DNA from: Abditibacteriaceae bacterium
GTDB lineage: Bacteria; Armatimonadota; Abditibacteriia; Abditibacteriales; Abditibacteriaceae
DNA: 40,451 bases
Assembly: GCA_031425655.1 (NCBI GenBank)
Contig: JANPJS010000119.1
Location: forward strand, 1 to 40,451
Reading direction: 5' to 3'
Shown here: positions 25,854 through 34,077 of the stretch, one piece after another
How the letters are laid out: the number at the start of each line of letters is the position of its first letter
Numbering within the stretch: the first letter of the stretch is position 1
Notes under the pieces: generated by a model
Told to the model about the DNA's origin: nothing
The model's input: only the letters and a program-made list of their open reading frames with translations
Databases searched by the model: none
Translations under genes and position numbers: made by a program

Positions 25854-26945
25854 TTAGGGTCCAGATGTTGGGCTGCCCGTGGGACTTCCGGTAGGGCTGC
25901 CTGTCGGACTGCCGGTTGGACTTCCGGTAGGGCTGCCCGTCGGACTTCCTGTTGGCGAACTGGTCGGCATTGAGCCGGAACCCATGGAACTGGACGCTGC
26001 GGCGGTGCCGGTGCCTGTAGTGATTCCGGTTGGCGGGGCCGTCGGCACCGCGATTTCCTCGCCGCCTGCCGGAGAATTGGGCATTCCCGGAGGCGATTTG
26101 CGAAACGGAGGCCGGATGTTTTTGGCCCACAACCCCACCGGCACCGGCTTGGGAATCGGGGTCAGTGTCGGAACGGGATTGCCTTTAAATTGATCGGTAA
26201 AGGCCTTCTGCGCGCGGATTTTGTCTTCCGGCGATAACGGGGCGCGAATGGCACGCGCATATTCTTCATCGGCGACCCACAGTTTGTAGTCGAAGGAGGA
26301 AACGCTGGTCAAATCCACCCAGGCGTAGCCGCTGCGCACCAACAATTGGTTGAACGAAAGCGTTTGCCCTTCGAGTTTCGTGTTCTTTTTGCCCTTCAAG
26401 ATAATCTGCACGACTTTGCGACCATCGAGCGTGATCTTGAATCTGGCATCTTGTTCTACGTCCAGTTGGCGTCCTGAGAGCCACGAAGTCGCAGCGCTTT
26501 TCGATTCGGCCCAACCCGGCTGTCCCTGCGCGGGGCAAAATACGCCGGCTAATTTGACTTTGAGGGGCTTCCCTTGCGGGAATTCGGAGGTGCCGACGGT
26601 GCGGAAGCCCTGCAAAGTCATCAGATCGCCCGCATCCGCACCTGACAAGCGATAAAACATCGGCTTGAGCGGGTCCTTACCGGTCGGGTCGTTAAGCGCA
26701 CCCGTTCCGGGGACGATAGCGGCAGGCACGAATTCATTGGGATTCTTGAATACTTCGGGCACCGGCGTCGGTTGCAGGTCGGCATCCGGCTTTTTGATAA
26801 ACGCACAGCCGCCGAAAAACGGCGCCGGCCCGACAACTAACGCCGTCACGAGCGCCGGCCACAAAGCCGTCCTCGTCCAGCGCGATGCTTGATTTTTCAC
26901 TTGTTTGCCTTCAGACATAGCCCCAATCTCCTTGCGATTCTTCAT
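25854..26945 (-). CDS. Thermonuclease (SNase)-fold lipoprotein with C-terminal PTGS repeats (alternative start 26918)
   Basis: FFGGC lipobox-like; VKLAGVFCP..GQPG..ES, NQLLVRSGYAW, EEYAR, GLW; tandem SPTG tail. Confidence 0.7.
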   Translation of the reverse strand: MKNRKEIGAMSEGKQVKNQASRWTRTALWPALVTALVVGPAPFFGGCAFIKKPDADLQPTPVPEVFKNPNEFVPAAIVPGTGALNDPTGKDPLKPMFYRLSGADAGDLMTLQGFRTVGTSEFPQGKPLKVKLAGVFCPAQGQPGWAESKSAATSWLSGRQLDVEQDARFKITLDGRKVVQIILKGKKNTKLEGQTLSFNQLLVRSGYAWVDLTSVSSFDYKLWVADEEYARAIRAPLSPEDKIRAQKAFTDQFKGNPVPTLTPIPKPVPVGLWAKNIRPPFRKSPPGMPNSPAGGEEIAVPTAPPTGITTGTGTAAASSSMGSGSMPTSSPTGSPTGSPTGSPTGSPTGSPTGSPTGSPTSGP

Positions 26946-26959
26946 TTTACAAAATCGCT

Positions 26960-27694
26960 TTATTGATGCCCCAGCAATTCGCGTGCGTTGCGATAGCCGA
27001 TGCGTTCGCGCTGCATCGAACTGAGCGCGCTGTCTTTAATCATGCCCAGCGCCGCTGCGGGATGATGGCGGCCCCAATCCGAAGCCCACAGCACGCGACG
27101 GTCGCCCAAAATGGCGAAAGCGTGCGCCACCACGTCGCGCTCGGCAACCGCCACCGATGGTAAGAACGAGATATTCAGAATCGGCTTGATCGCGGCGACA
27201 GCGTCGTTGGACAGCGCCGAAGTCTGCGGATTGAGAATAAAGCGCAGCGAATGAAATTCCTTCGCGGCTTCGACCACCGCGTTCAGCGTGACCGGCGTGG
27301 ATGCCGTCACCAAAATCGGGCGCGTGTAACGGCGCAGCGCATTGATGACTTCGCGTCCCCCGGCAGTATTGATGGCATCGGCATCAGTGTTTTGCTCGAA
27401 GCGCGTGCCCATCCACAAAGGCCGCGTGAGATATTGGCGCGCCAATTCCTGCGACGGGTCGGGCTGATGCACCGAAAGCGTCAGCCAGCCGCGAAAGCGC
27501 GGGTCAACGGCCAGCGATTGTCCCAGACGCGCATTGCCGTCGTGAATATCGTTGGCGGCTTCGCGCGACACAAACGACATAATTTCCACGCCGAACTGAT
27601 CGGCGTAAGCCCGCGCCAAAGCCAACTCCGGCGGGCGCACCGCAAGAGTGCTGTCGGCGACTCCGTAATGAGCGATCAAATCTATGAGTGGCAT
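26960..27694 (-). CDS. Amidohydrolase-family (TIM barrel) protein, degenerate metal motif
   Basis: LIDLIAHYG N-terminus, GDRRVLWASD, ERIGYRNARELL. Confidence 0.75.
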   Translation of the reverse strand: MPLIDLIAHYGVADSTLAVRPPELALARAYADQFGVEIMSFVSREAANDIHDGNARLGQSLAVDPRFRGWLTLSVHQPDPSQELARQYLTRPLWMGTRFEQNTDADAINTAGGREVINALRRYTRPILVTASTPVTLNAVVEAAKEFHSLRFILNPQTSALSNDAVAAIKPILNISFLPSVAVAERDVVAHAFAILGDRRVLWASDWGRHHPAAALGMIKDSALSSMQRERIGYRNARELLGHQ

Positions 27695-27700
27695 AAGCAA

Positions 27701-27803
27701 GGGATGAGGGATGAAGGATGAAGGCGGAGAGATGGGATACGGGGCAATGCTGATAGTTTGGCGAGACGTGCTTCTTCATCCCTCCGCCTTCATCCCTCAT
27801 CCC
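27701..27803. repeat. Heptamer hairpin (GGATGAR)n ... (YTCATCC)n
   Basis: Fills the spacer between the two amidohydrolase genes. Confidence 0.8.
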
Positions 27804-28534
27804 TTCTTCAAAAGTCGTGTTACATTGCCGCCCAACACAAGGGCTTTGTGTTCGTTCGACAGACTGGACGCAAAAATCGGCGCCAGCGAGGTGGAAAGGT
27901 AGCGCAGCGGTGAATAGGACGCGAAAACCAGTCGTTCGACGCCGTGCGGCGCGGCATCACGGACGGCTTCAAGCGCGCCGGGAACCGTCAAATGTGTGGT
28001 TTCGATATAGAACTTGGTGTCCGAACGCAATACGGAAAGGGCTTCGCCCAAGTTTTGCGAAGTGACGCCGGCCAAAAGCAGCGGCGCCTGGGTAAACGCG
28101 ACGGAATCCGCGAGTTCGGTGCAAGCGCCGGGCTGGTCTACGTTTACCGCTACGGGCACGCCGAGTTCGTCGCATTTGCGCAGCAGTTCACGAAAAGGCG
28201 CGTAGCGCAGCGGCCAGTTTTGGCGATCCGGGAAAAAGCGGAATAAACGAAAGCCTTCGCTCGCGCGCTGCTCGGCTTCAGCCAAACATTCGGGATAAGC
28301 GCGCGGATCAAGCGTAGCGACCGGGTAAATGTGCTGCGGGTGGTTGCGCGCCGCGAGCAGCGTGTCGGCGTTGCCCTGACGGTAATCGGTAAAAACGCCG
28401 GTCGTCGCCGTCGCCAGCGAGCGCACGATGTTATTCTGCGCCATGACGTGCAAAAGCACCTCGACCGAAAGATCGGCGGCGTGCTGCGGCCAGGGGCCAA
28501 AAAGCGTGCAAGCGTCAACGATGGGTAAGCTCAT
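27797..28534 (-). CDS. Amidohydrolase-family protein, degenerate metal motif
   Basis: IVDACTLFGPWP, VATLDP, RFFP, GVERLVFASYSP, LVLGGNVTRLL. Confidence 0.78.
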   Translation of the reverse strand: MSLPIVDACTLFGPWPQHAADLSVEVLLHVMAQNNIVRSLATATTGVFTDYRQGNADTLLAARNHPQHIYPVATLDPRAYPECLAEAEQRASEGFRLFRFFPDRQNWPLRYAPFRELLRKCDELGVPVAVNVDQPGACTELADSVAFTQAPLLLAGVTSQNLGEALSVLRSDTKFYIETTHLTVPGALEAVRDAAPHGVERLVFASYSPLRYLSTSLAPIFASSLSNEHKALVLGGNVTRLLKKG

Positions 28535-28565
28535 GAAATTCGCTTTAAATATAGCACAGAGGCGG

Positions 28566-28603
28566 CGTTTAGCGCCGCGCGCATCGTCCGTTTAGCGCCG
28601 CGC
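28566..28603. promoter_or_regulatory. 15-bp perfect direct repeat in a divergent promoter region (candidate operator)
   Basis: CGTTTAGCGCCGCGC at 28566-28580 and 28589-28603. Confidence 0.45.
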
Positions 28604-28631
28604 AGGTAAAATTTAAGCAAGAGGTGGAGTC

Positions 28632-28886
28632 ATGATACAAATTCTTGAAGGCACATGGGAAGAAATTGCCGCGCACGCCGCCGAGTTCAACGGCCATCGC
28701 TTGCGCGTCATTGATTTAGGGCCGATAAGCGAAGCACCCGATAACGAAGGGGGCGGCCCGACGCTGGCCGAGCTTTTCGCAGGACGGACAGGCACAATTT
28801 CAGGGCCGCCGACAGATATGTCTGAGCGAACCGAGGAGTATTTCGCGCAGATCATGGACGAAAAATATCCGCAAGACAAACGATGA
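28632..28886 (+). CDS. Putative antitoxin partner of the PIN toxin
   Basis: Small acidic ORF with GAGG/GGAG RBS; ATGA overlap with the PIN gene. Confidence 0.75.
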   Translation: MIQILEGTWEEIAAHAAEFNGHRLRVIDLGPISEAPDNEGGGPTLAELFAGRTGTISGPPTDMSERTEEYFAQIMDEKYPQDKR

Positions 28887-29296
28887 TACTCTGCGACACG
28901 GGGCCGTTGATCGCCGTCATCATCAAGGCTGAGGTTAATCATGCACGCTGCTTAGCAACGCTGGCAACTTTGCGTGGGTCGCTCATCACGACATGGGCGT
29001 GCATCACTGAAGCGATGCATTTGTTGTATCGCTACGGCGGACACGCGGCACAAGATGAGCTTTGGGGTTATTTGAGCGACGGCCTGCTGAGCGTCCACAT
29101 TCACACCGACGCTGAAAAGCGGCGAATGCGCGCCCTGATGCGCCAATATGCCGACACGCCGATGGATTTGGCCGATGCTTCGCTCGTTGCCGCTGCCGAA
29201 ACGCTGCAAACGCGCCGTATTTTTACGCTCGACAGCGATTTTTACGTTTATCGCCTCGCCAACGGCAGCGCCTTCGATGTGGTGCCGGCCCGCTGA
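28883..29296 (+). CDS. vapC: PIN-domain VapC toxin
   Basis: ILCDTGPLIA, ITEAMHLL, PMDLADASLV, IFTLDSDF.VYR. Confidence 0.92.
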   Translation: MILCDTGPLIAVIIKAEVNHARCLATLATLRGSLITTWACITEAMHLLYRYGGHAAQDELWGYLSDGLLSVHIHTDAEKRRMRALMRQYADTPMDLADASLVAAAETLQTRRIFTLDSDFYVYRLANGSAFDVVPAR

Positions 29297-29515
29297 TTTA
29301 ATCGCCCGCCGGCGATTTGACCTTAATCCTCGCTGCTTCCCCAAATTCCATCGCTCTGGTAAATTGCTTTCTATGTCCGGTGCCCTCGCGGCACGCTTTC
29401 AAAGGGGTTGTGATGGATGGGCGAAAGCCTTTTCACGCGCAGCAAAGGGAAAGCGGAGAGCAAGAATTCGCGCACCGGCGCGTGTAAGCCTCACAGCGCA
29501 CGAAAGGAGCACGCC

Positions 29516-30823
29516 TTGTCTCAGACGTTAGAAACTTCCGCTTCGGCGGAACTGCTTGGCCAGTCCAACGGCCATTCGCACAGCGGAAAAACCGCTGCCC
29601 CTCGCATCAAGGGCTTGAAATGCAAGTGTTGTGACGAGCGTTACGAACTCGCTCCCAAGCACGTTTGCGAATTCTGTTTCGGCCCCCTCGAAGTCGAATA
29701 CGACTACGAAGCTATTGCGCAAATCATCTCGCGCGAAAAAATCCAGTCCGGCCCGTATTCCATTTGGCGTTATCAGGATTTGCTGCCGGTCGAAGGGCCG
29801 CCGCGCGTCAATCTCGAAGCCGGATTCACGCCCCTCGTCAAAGCCGACCGACTGGCGAAAAAATTGGGCATCCGCGAACTTTATATCAAAAACGACACGG
29901 CCAACCCGACATGGAGTTTTAAAGATCGCGTGGTATCCGTCGCGCTGTCGCAAGCCGTCGAATTTGGCTTCGACACCGCCGCCTGCGCGTCAACGGGAAA
30001 CTTAGCCAACTCCGTCGCCGCGCACGCCGCGCACGCCGGAATGAAGTGCTTCGTTTTCATTCCATCGGACCTGGAAGCCGGCAAAGTGATGAATTCGCTG
30101 GTTTACGGCCCGAATGTCGTCGCCGTTCGCGGCAACTACGACGAAGTCAACCGGCTTTGCTCGGAAATCGCCGACCGCAATTCGTCGTGGGCCTTTGTCA
30201 ACATCAACGTGCGTCCGTTTTACTCCGAAGGCTCGAAAACTTTAGCCTACGAAGTCGCCGAGCAGCTTGGCTGGAAAGCGCCCGATCACGTTGTCATACC
30301 CATTGCGTCCGGCTCGATGCTGACCAAAATTCATAAGGGCTTCCATGAATTTATGAAATTGGGTTTAATCGAGCAAAAATCGGTTCGCATCAGCGGCGCG
30401 CAAGCCGAAGGTTGCAGTCCGGTCGCACAGGCGTTTGCCGACGGCGCTGATTTCGTCAAGCCAGTCAAGCCGAACACGATTGCCAAAAGTTTGGCCATTG
30501 GTAACCCGGCGGACGGCATTTTCGCGCTGGACATTATGCGCGAAACCGGCGGCAGCGCCGCGATGGTCAACGACGAGGAGATCATCGAAGGCATCAAAAT
30601 GCTGGCCGAATACGAAGGCATTTTTACGGAAACGGCGGGCGGCGTCACGATTGGCGTCTTGAAAAAGCTCGCCGAGCAGGGCAAAATCAAGCCGGACGAA
30701 GTGACTGTCGCCTACATCACCGGCATCGGCCTCAAAACGCAGGAAGCCATCACTGGACGCGTCGGTGAGCCATATACAATTGACCCCAATCTCAATTCGT
30801 TTGAGAGCGTAGTAGGTGGTTAG
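29516..30823 (+). CDS. thrC: Threonine synthase-like PLP enzyme
   Basis: GAAAGGAG RBS before TTG 29516; CKCC..CEFCFGPL, NPTWSFKDR (PLP Lys), ASTGNLANS, EGSKT, ETAGGVT. Confidence 0.9.
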   Translation: MSQTLETSASAELLGQSNGHSHSGKTAAPRIKGLKCKCCDERYELAPKHVCEFCFGPLEVEYDYEAIAQIISREKIQSGPYSIWRYQDLLPVEGPPRVNLEAGFTPLVKADRLAKKLGIRELYIKNDTANPTWSFKDRVVSVALSQAVEFGFDTAACASTGNLANSVAAHAAHAGMKCFVFIPSDLEAGKVMNSLVYGPNVVAVRGNYDEVNRLCSEIADRNSSWAFVNINVRPFYSEGSKTLAYEVAEQLGWKAPDHVVIPIASGSMLTKIHKGFHEFMKLGLIEQKSVRISGAQAEGCSPVAQAFADGADFVKPVKPNTIAKSLAIGNPADGIFALDIMRETGGSAAMVNDEEIIEGIKMLAEYEGIFTETAGGVTIGVLKKLAEQGKIKPDEVTVAYITGIGLKTQEAITGRVGEPYTIDPNLNSFESVVGG

Positions 30824-30921
30824 GTGGTCGGGTTGTTGGGTGGTTTTCTTTGGTCGCAGGAGCTATCACGCTTTCTGTGCCATTTGTTAACCGCCCAACA
30901 ACCTAACCACCTCGCTACCCA
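30812..30921. repeat. Degenerate octamer hairpin (same family as 25216-25360)
   Basis: GGTGGTTAGGTGGTCGGGTTGTTGGG ... CCCAACAACCTAACCACC. Confidence 0.7.
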
Positions 30922-30936
30922 ATTTAAGGAGCTATC

Positions 30937-31215
30937 ATGAGCGTAACCGTTCGCATTCCCACACCATTGCAAAAATTAGTCGGCGACAAAGCCGAAGTGC
31001 AGGCCGAGGGCGGCACTTTGCGCGAAGTTATCGAAGGTTTGGCGTCGCAAAACGCCGACATCAAGAATCGTTTGTTGGACGAAACCGGTGAATTGCGCCG
31101 CTTCGTCAACGTCTACGTCAACGAGGAAGACGTGCGCTTTTTGCAGAAACTCGACACGCCGTTGAAAGACGGCGACGAAGTTTCCATCGTGCCCGCGATT
31201 GCCGGAGGCCAGTAA
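30937..31215 (+). CDS. MoaD/ThiS/CysO family ubiquitin-like sulfur carrier
   Basis: VRIPTPL, LRRFVNVYVNEEDVRF, SIVPAIAGG followed by one extra Gln; AAGGAG RBS. Confidence 0.92.
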   Translation: MSVTVRIPTPLQKLVGDKAEVQAEGGTLREVIEGLASQNADIKNRLLDETGELRRFVNVYVNEEDVRFLQKLDTPLKDGDEVSIVPAIAGGQ

Positions 31216-31218
31216 CAG

Positions 31219-31303
31219 CAGTTTTGAGTTTTGAGTTTTAAGTTTGAATGAACGACTCCGCTTAATTCAAAACTTAAAACTCAAAACTCAAAACTCAAAA
31301 CTG
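31219..31303. repeat. (TTTTGAG)n-(CTCAAAA)n heptamer hairpin
   Basis: Direct reading. Confidence 0.9.
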
Positions 31304-31308
31304 ATGTT

Positions 31309-31548
31309 ATGCAAGACCGTTTTCATCTCACTTTTCCGCACGACCGCGTCGGAGATCCCGTCGTGTGCGAAGTCGCTAAAAAATTCGACATTACCTTTTC
31401 CATTCGCCGCGCCAACGTGACGCACGAGGCCGGATGGATGGTTTTGCAACTCGAAGGCGACGACGCCGAAATCGAGCGCGCCATCGCGTATTTGCAGGAA
31501 CGCGGCGTGCGCGTTGACCCTATCGAAGGCGACATCGTGGCCGGCTGA
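31309..31548 (+). CDS. NIL domain protein
   Basis: LTFP...DPVV....FDITFSIRRANV....GWMVLQLEG...IERAI..L..RGV.V.PIEGDIV. Confidence 0.85.
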   Translation: MQDRFHLTFPHDRVGDPVVCEVAKKFDITFSIRRANVTHEAGWMVLQLEGDDAEIERAIAYLQERGVRVDPIEGDIVAG

Positions 31549-31562
31549 AGCCCGCAGTTGTT

Positions 31563-31626
31563 AATTTTGAGTTTTAAGTTTTGAGTTGCAGCCCAACTCA
31601 AAACTCAAAACTCAAAACTCAAAATT
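31563..31626. repeat. (TTTTGAG)n-(CTCAAAA)n heptamer hairpin
   Basis: Direct reading; ends immediately before ATG 31627. Confidence 0.9.
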
Positions 31627-32679
31627 ATGGACACTCTTCTCATCACCGGCGGCACGGGATTTCTCGGCTGCCATGTCGCATCGCGGTTTTTGCGCGAAGG
31701 CTGGAACGTGCGTTTGCTCGATTTAGCGGCGCTCGACGAGCCGGAACTGAAAGACGCCGAAGCCGCAGGCCGCGTCGAAGTCGTGCAAGGCGATGTCAGC
31801 GATGCCTCCGTCGTGGATAAAGCCAGCGAGGGCGTGCGTGCCGTGGTTCATACTGCCGCCGCGCTGCCGATTCAGGGTAGCCGCGACAAAATCATGGACA
31901 CCAACGTCGGCGGCACGCGCAACGCGTTGTCCGGCGCTTGTAAAGCAGGCGCGCAAAAGCTGATTCATATTTCGACGACGGCGGTTTACGGCGTGCCGAA
32001 AATCCATCCGCTTTATGAAACCTCGCCAATTGTGCCGCTTGGACTTTACGGCATCTCCAAAGTGGACGCCGAAACCGCCTGCCGCGAAGCGCGCGAAACC
32101 GGCCTTGACGTGACGATCATTCGTCCCAAAACTTTTATTGGCACGGGCCGTTTGGGCATTTTCCAGATTCTTTTCGAGTGGATTCGGGAAGGTCGCCGCA
32201 TTCCCATCATCGGGACGGGCAACAATCGTTATCAACTTTTGGCCGTCGAAGATTTGGTGGACGCGATTTATCGCAGCGCCACGCAGGAAAACCGCAACGA
32301 AACCTTCAACATCGGCGCGAAGGAGTTTGGGACGGTGCGGCAGGATTTGAATGCGCTTGTGCGTCACGCGGGCAGCGGCGCGCGATTGTCGCCGCAAGCG
32401 CCGTGGCTGGTGCAGCCGGTTTTGCGCGTGCTGGAAGTAGCCAAACTTTCGCCCTTAGTCGAATGGCATTACAAAACCGCGAATCAGGATTCCTTCGTGG
32501 ATTGCTCGCACGCCGAAGAAGTCCTCGGCTGGCGCACCACCAGATCGAACGCGCAAACGCTGATTGAAACCTACGATTGGTATATGCAGCACTACGAGGA
32601 ATATCTCGACAAAGTCGGCCTGACGCATCGCGTGGCGTGGGATCAGGGCGCGCTCAAAATCCTTAAAGCCGTTTCTTGA
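31627..32679 (+). CDS. NAD-dependent epimerase/dehydratase (extended SDR)
   Basis: LITGGTGFLG, HTAA, STTAVYG, YGISK (YxxxK). Confidence 0.92.
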   Translation: MDTLLITGGTGFLGCHVASRFLREGWNVRLLDLAALDEPELKDAEAAGRVEVVQGDVSDASVVDKASEGVRAVVHTAAALPIQGSRDKIMDTNVGGTRNALSGACKAGAQKLIHISTTAVYGVPKIHPLYETSPIVPLGLYGISKVDAETACREARETGLDVTIIRPKTFIGTGRLGIFQILFEWIREGRRIPIIGTGNNRYQLLAVEDLVDAIYRSATQENRNETFNIGAKEFGTVRQDLNALVRHAGSGARLSPQAPWLVQPVLRVLEVAKLSPLVEWHYKTANQDSFVDCSHAEEVLGWRTTRSNAQTLIETYDWYMQHYEEYLDKVGLTHRVAWDQGALKILKAVS

Positions 32680-32684
32680 TTTCT

Positions 32685-32744
32685 CACCACAAAGACACAA
32701 AGGCACAAAGATTTTTCTCTTTGTGCCTTTGTGTCTTTGTGGTG
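32685..32744. repeat. 9-nt-unit perfect hairpin (CACAAAG family)
   Basis: CACCACAAAGACACAAAGGCACAAAG ... CTTTGTGCCTTTGTGTCTTTGTGGTG. Confidence 0.85.
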
Positions 32745-32757
32745 AACAAAAACGAAT

Positions 32758-33951
32758 ATGCAACCGCGCCAGATGATTCTCGATTTCGACGGGCAAAGGC
32801 TCGTCGGAGGGCAGCCTTTTGCGGTTTTCGAGGCCAAAAACGGCGCGTTTCGCTGGCACAAATTGGATTCCTCGCCCCGCGACGTTGCTTTTCAAACCGG
32901 CAGCGGTGACGCGCTCGAAGAACTTCGCCGCGCCTTAACGTGGTCACACGAGCGTTTTCCTGACGGCGCGGCCATTGGCTTTATCGCTTACGATTTCGCG
33001 CGCCAACTCGAACCGCGCGCCTTCGCCCAAAACTCGCCACCCGACGATCTGCAAATTCCCGACGTTCGCCTCACGTTTTGCGCTAACGTGCAGCGGTCAG
33101 CAGGCAGCGATCAGCAGTCAGAAACTTCACGTCCAGCATCCAGCATCCAGCATCCAGCATCCGATTATCTGACATCGGTTAAAGCCATCCAAGAGTTCAT
33201 CGCCGCCGGAGACATTTATCAGGCGAATCTGACGCGCCGCTTCGAGGCGCCGCTGCCCTGCTCGCCCGCCGCGCTTTACGAGCGATTGCGCGCCGCGCAT
33301 CCGATGCCCTTTTCGGCGCTGCTCGAATGGGACGATTTGGCGATTGTTTCCAACTCGCCTGAACGCTTTTTGCGCTTGCGCGGGCGCGAATTGCTGGCCC
33401 AACCGATTAAAGGCACCATCCGACGCGGCGAAACGCCGGAACACGATGCCGCGCTGCAAACCGAACTGCAAAACTCGGCAAAAAACCGCGCGGAAAACGT
33501 GATGATCGTGGATCTACTGCGCAACGATTTAGGCCGCGTTTGCGAATACGGCAGCGTGCGCGTGCCGCGCTTGTGCGCGATTCAGACGTTCCCGACGCTG
33601 CATCACTTGGTTTCCGACGTAACCGGGCTTTTGCGCGACGATTGCGATGCCTTAGACGTAATGCGCGCGGCTTTTCCGTGCGGCTCGATTACCGGCGCGC
33701 CGAAGATTCGCGCGGGGCAAATCATTGACGAACTGGAACCCGTGCGGCGCGGCGCGGCGATGGGCGCGATTGGCTACTTTTCATTTGGCGGAGACTCGGA
33801 ATGGAACGTGGCGATTCGCACCATCACCTCCAAAAACGATACGGCGTATTTTCATGTCGGCGGCGGCATCGTCGCCGACAGCGAAGCGCAAAGCGAACAC
33901 GATGAAGTGATGTTGAAAGCGCAGGCGCTCATCGGCGCATTGGATTTTTGA
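32758..33951 (+). CDS. pabB: Aminodeoxychorismate synthase component I (chorismate-binding enzyme)
   Basis: GDIYQANLT, SPERF, PIKGT (PabB-type Lys), AENVMIVDLLRNDLGRV, FPCGSITGAPK, AIRT, GGGIVADS. Confidence 0.9.
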   Translation: MQPRQMILDFDGQRLVGGQPFAVFEAKNGAFRWHKLDSSPRDVAFQTGSGDALEELRRALTWSHERFPDGAAIGFIAYDFARQLEPRAFAQNSPPDDLQIPDVRLTFCANVQRSAGSDQQSETSRPASSIQHPASDYLTSVKAIQEFIAAGDIYQANLTRRFEAPLPCSPAALYERLRAAHPMPFSALLEWDDLAIVSNSPERFLRLRGRELLAQPIKGTIRRGETPEHDAALQTELQNSAKNRAENVMIVDLLRNDLGRVCEYGSVRVPRLCAIQTFPTLHHLVSDVTGLLRDDCDALDVMRAAFPCGSITGAPKIRAGQIIDELEPVRRGAAMGAIGYFSFGGDSEWNVAIRTITSKNDTAYFHVGGGIVADSEAQSEHDEVMLKAQALIGALDF

Positions 33952-34030
33952 TCTCTCGCAAAGACGCAAAGGCGCCAAGAAAAATCATTGCAAACGAATT
34001 TTCTTGGCGTCTTTGCGTCTTTGCGAGAGA
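33952..34030. repeat. 9-nt-unit hairpin (CGCAAAG family)
   Basis: TCTCTCGCAAAGACGCAAAGGCGCCAAGAAAA ... TTTTCTTGGCGTCTTTGCGTCTTTGCGAGAGA. Confidence 0.85.
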
Positions 34031-34077
34031 CAATAATTTGCCGTGACCTGCCACAAAGCCTATAATTTTAGCCGTCT

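Noticed and set aside
29370..29515. Calling a specific riboswitch (SAM-I/IV, cobalamin, Moco)
   Set aside because: Only fragmentary resemblance (AAGGGAA, GCCTC..GAAAGGAG); core consensus elements are missing
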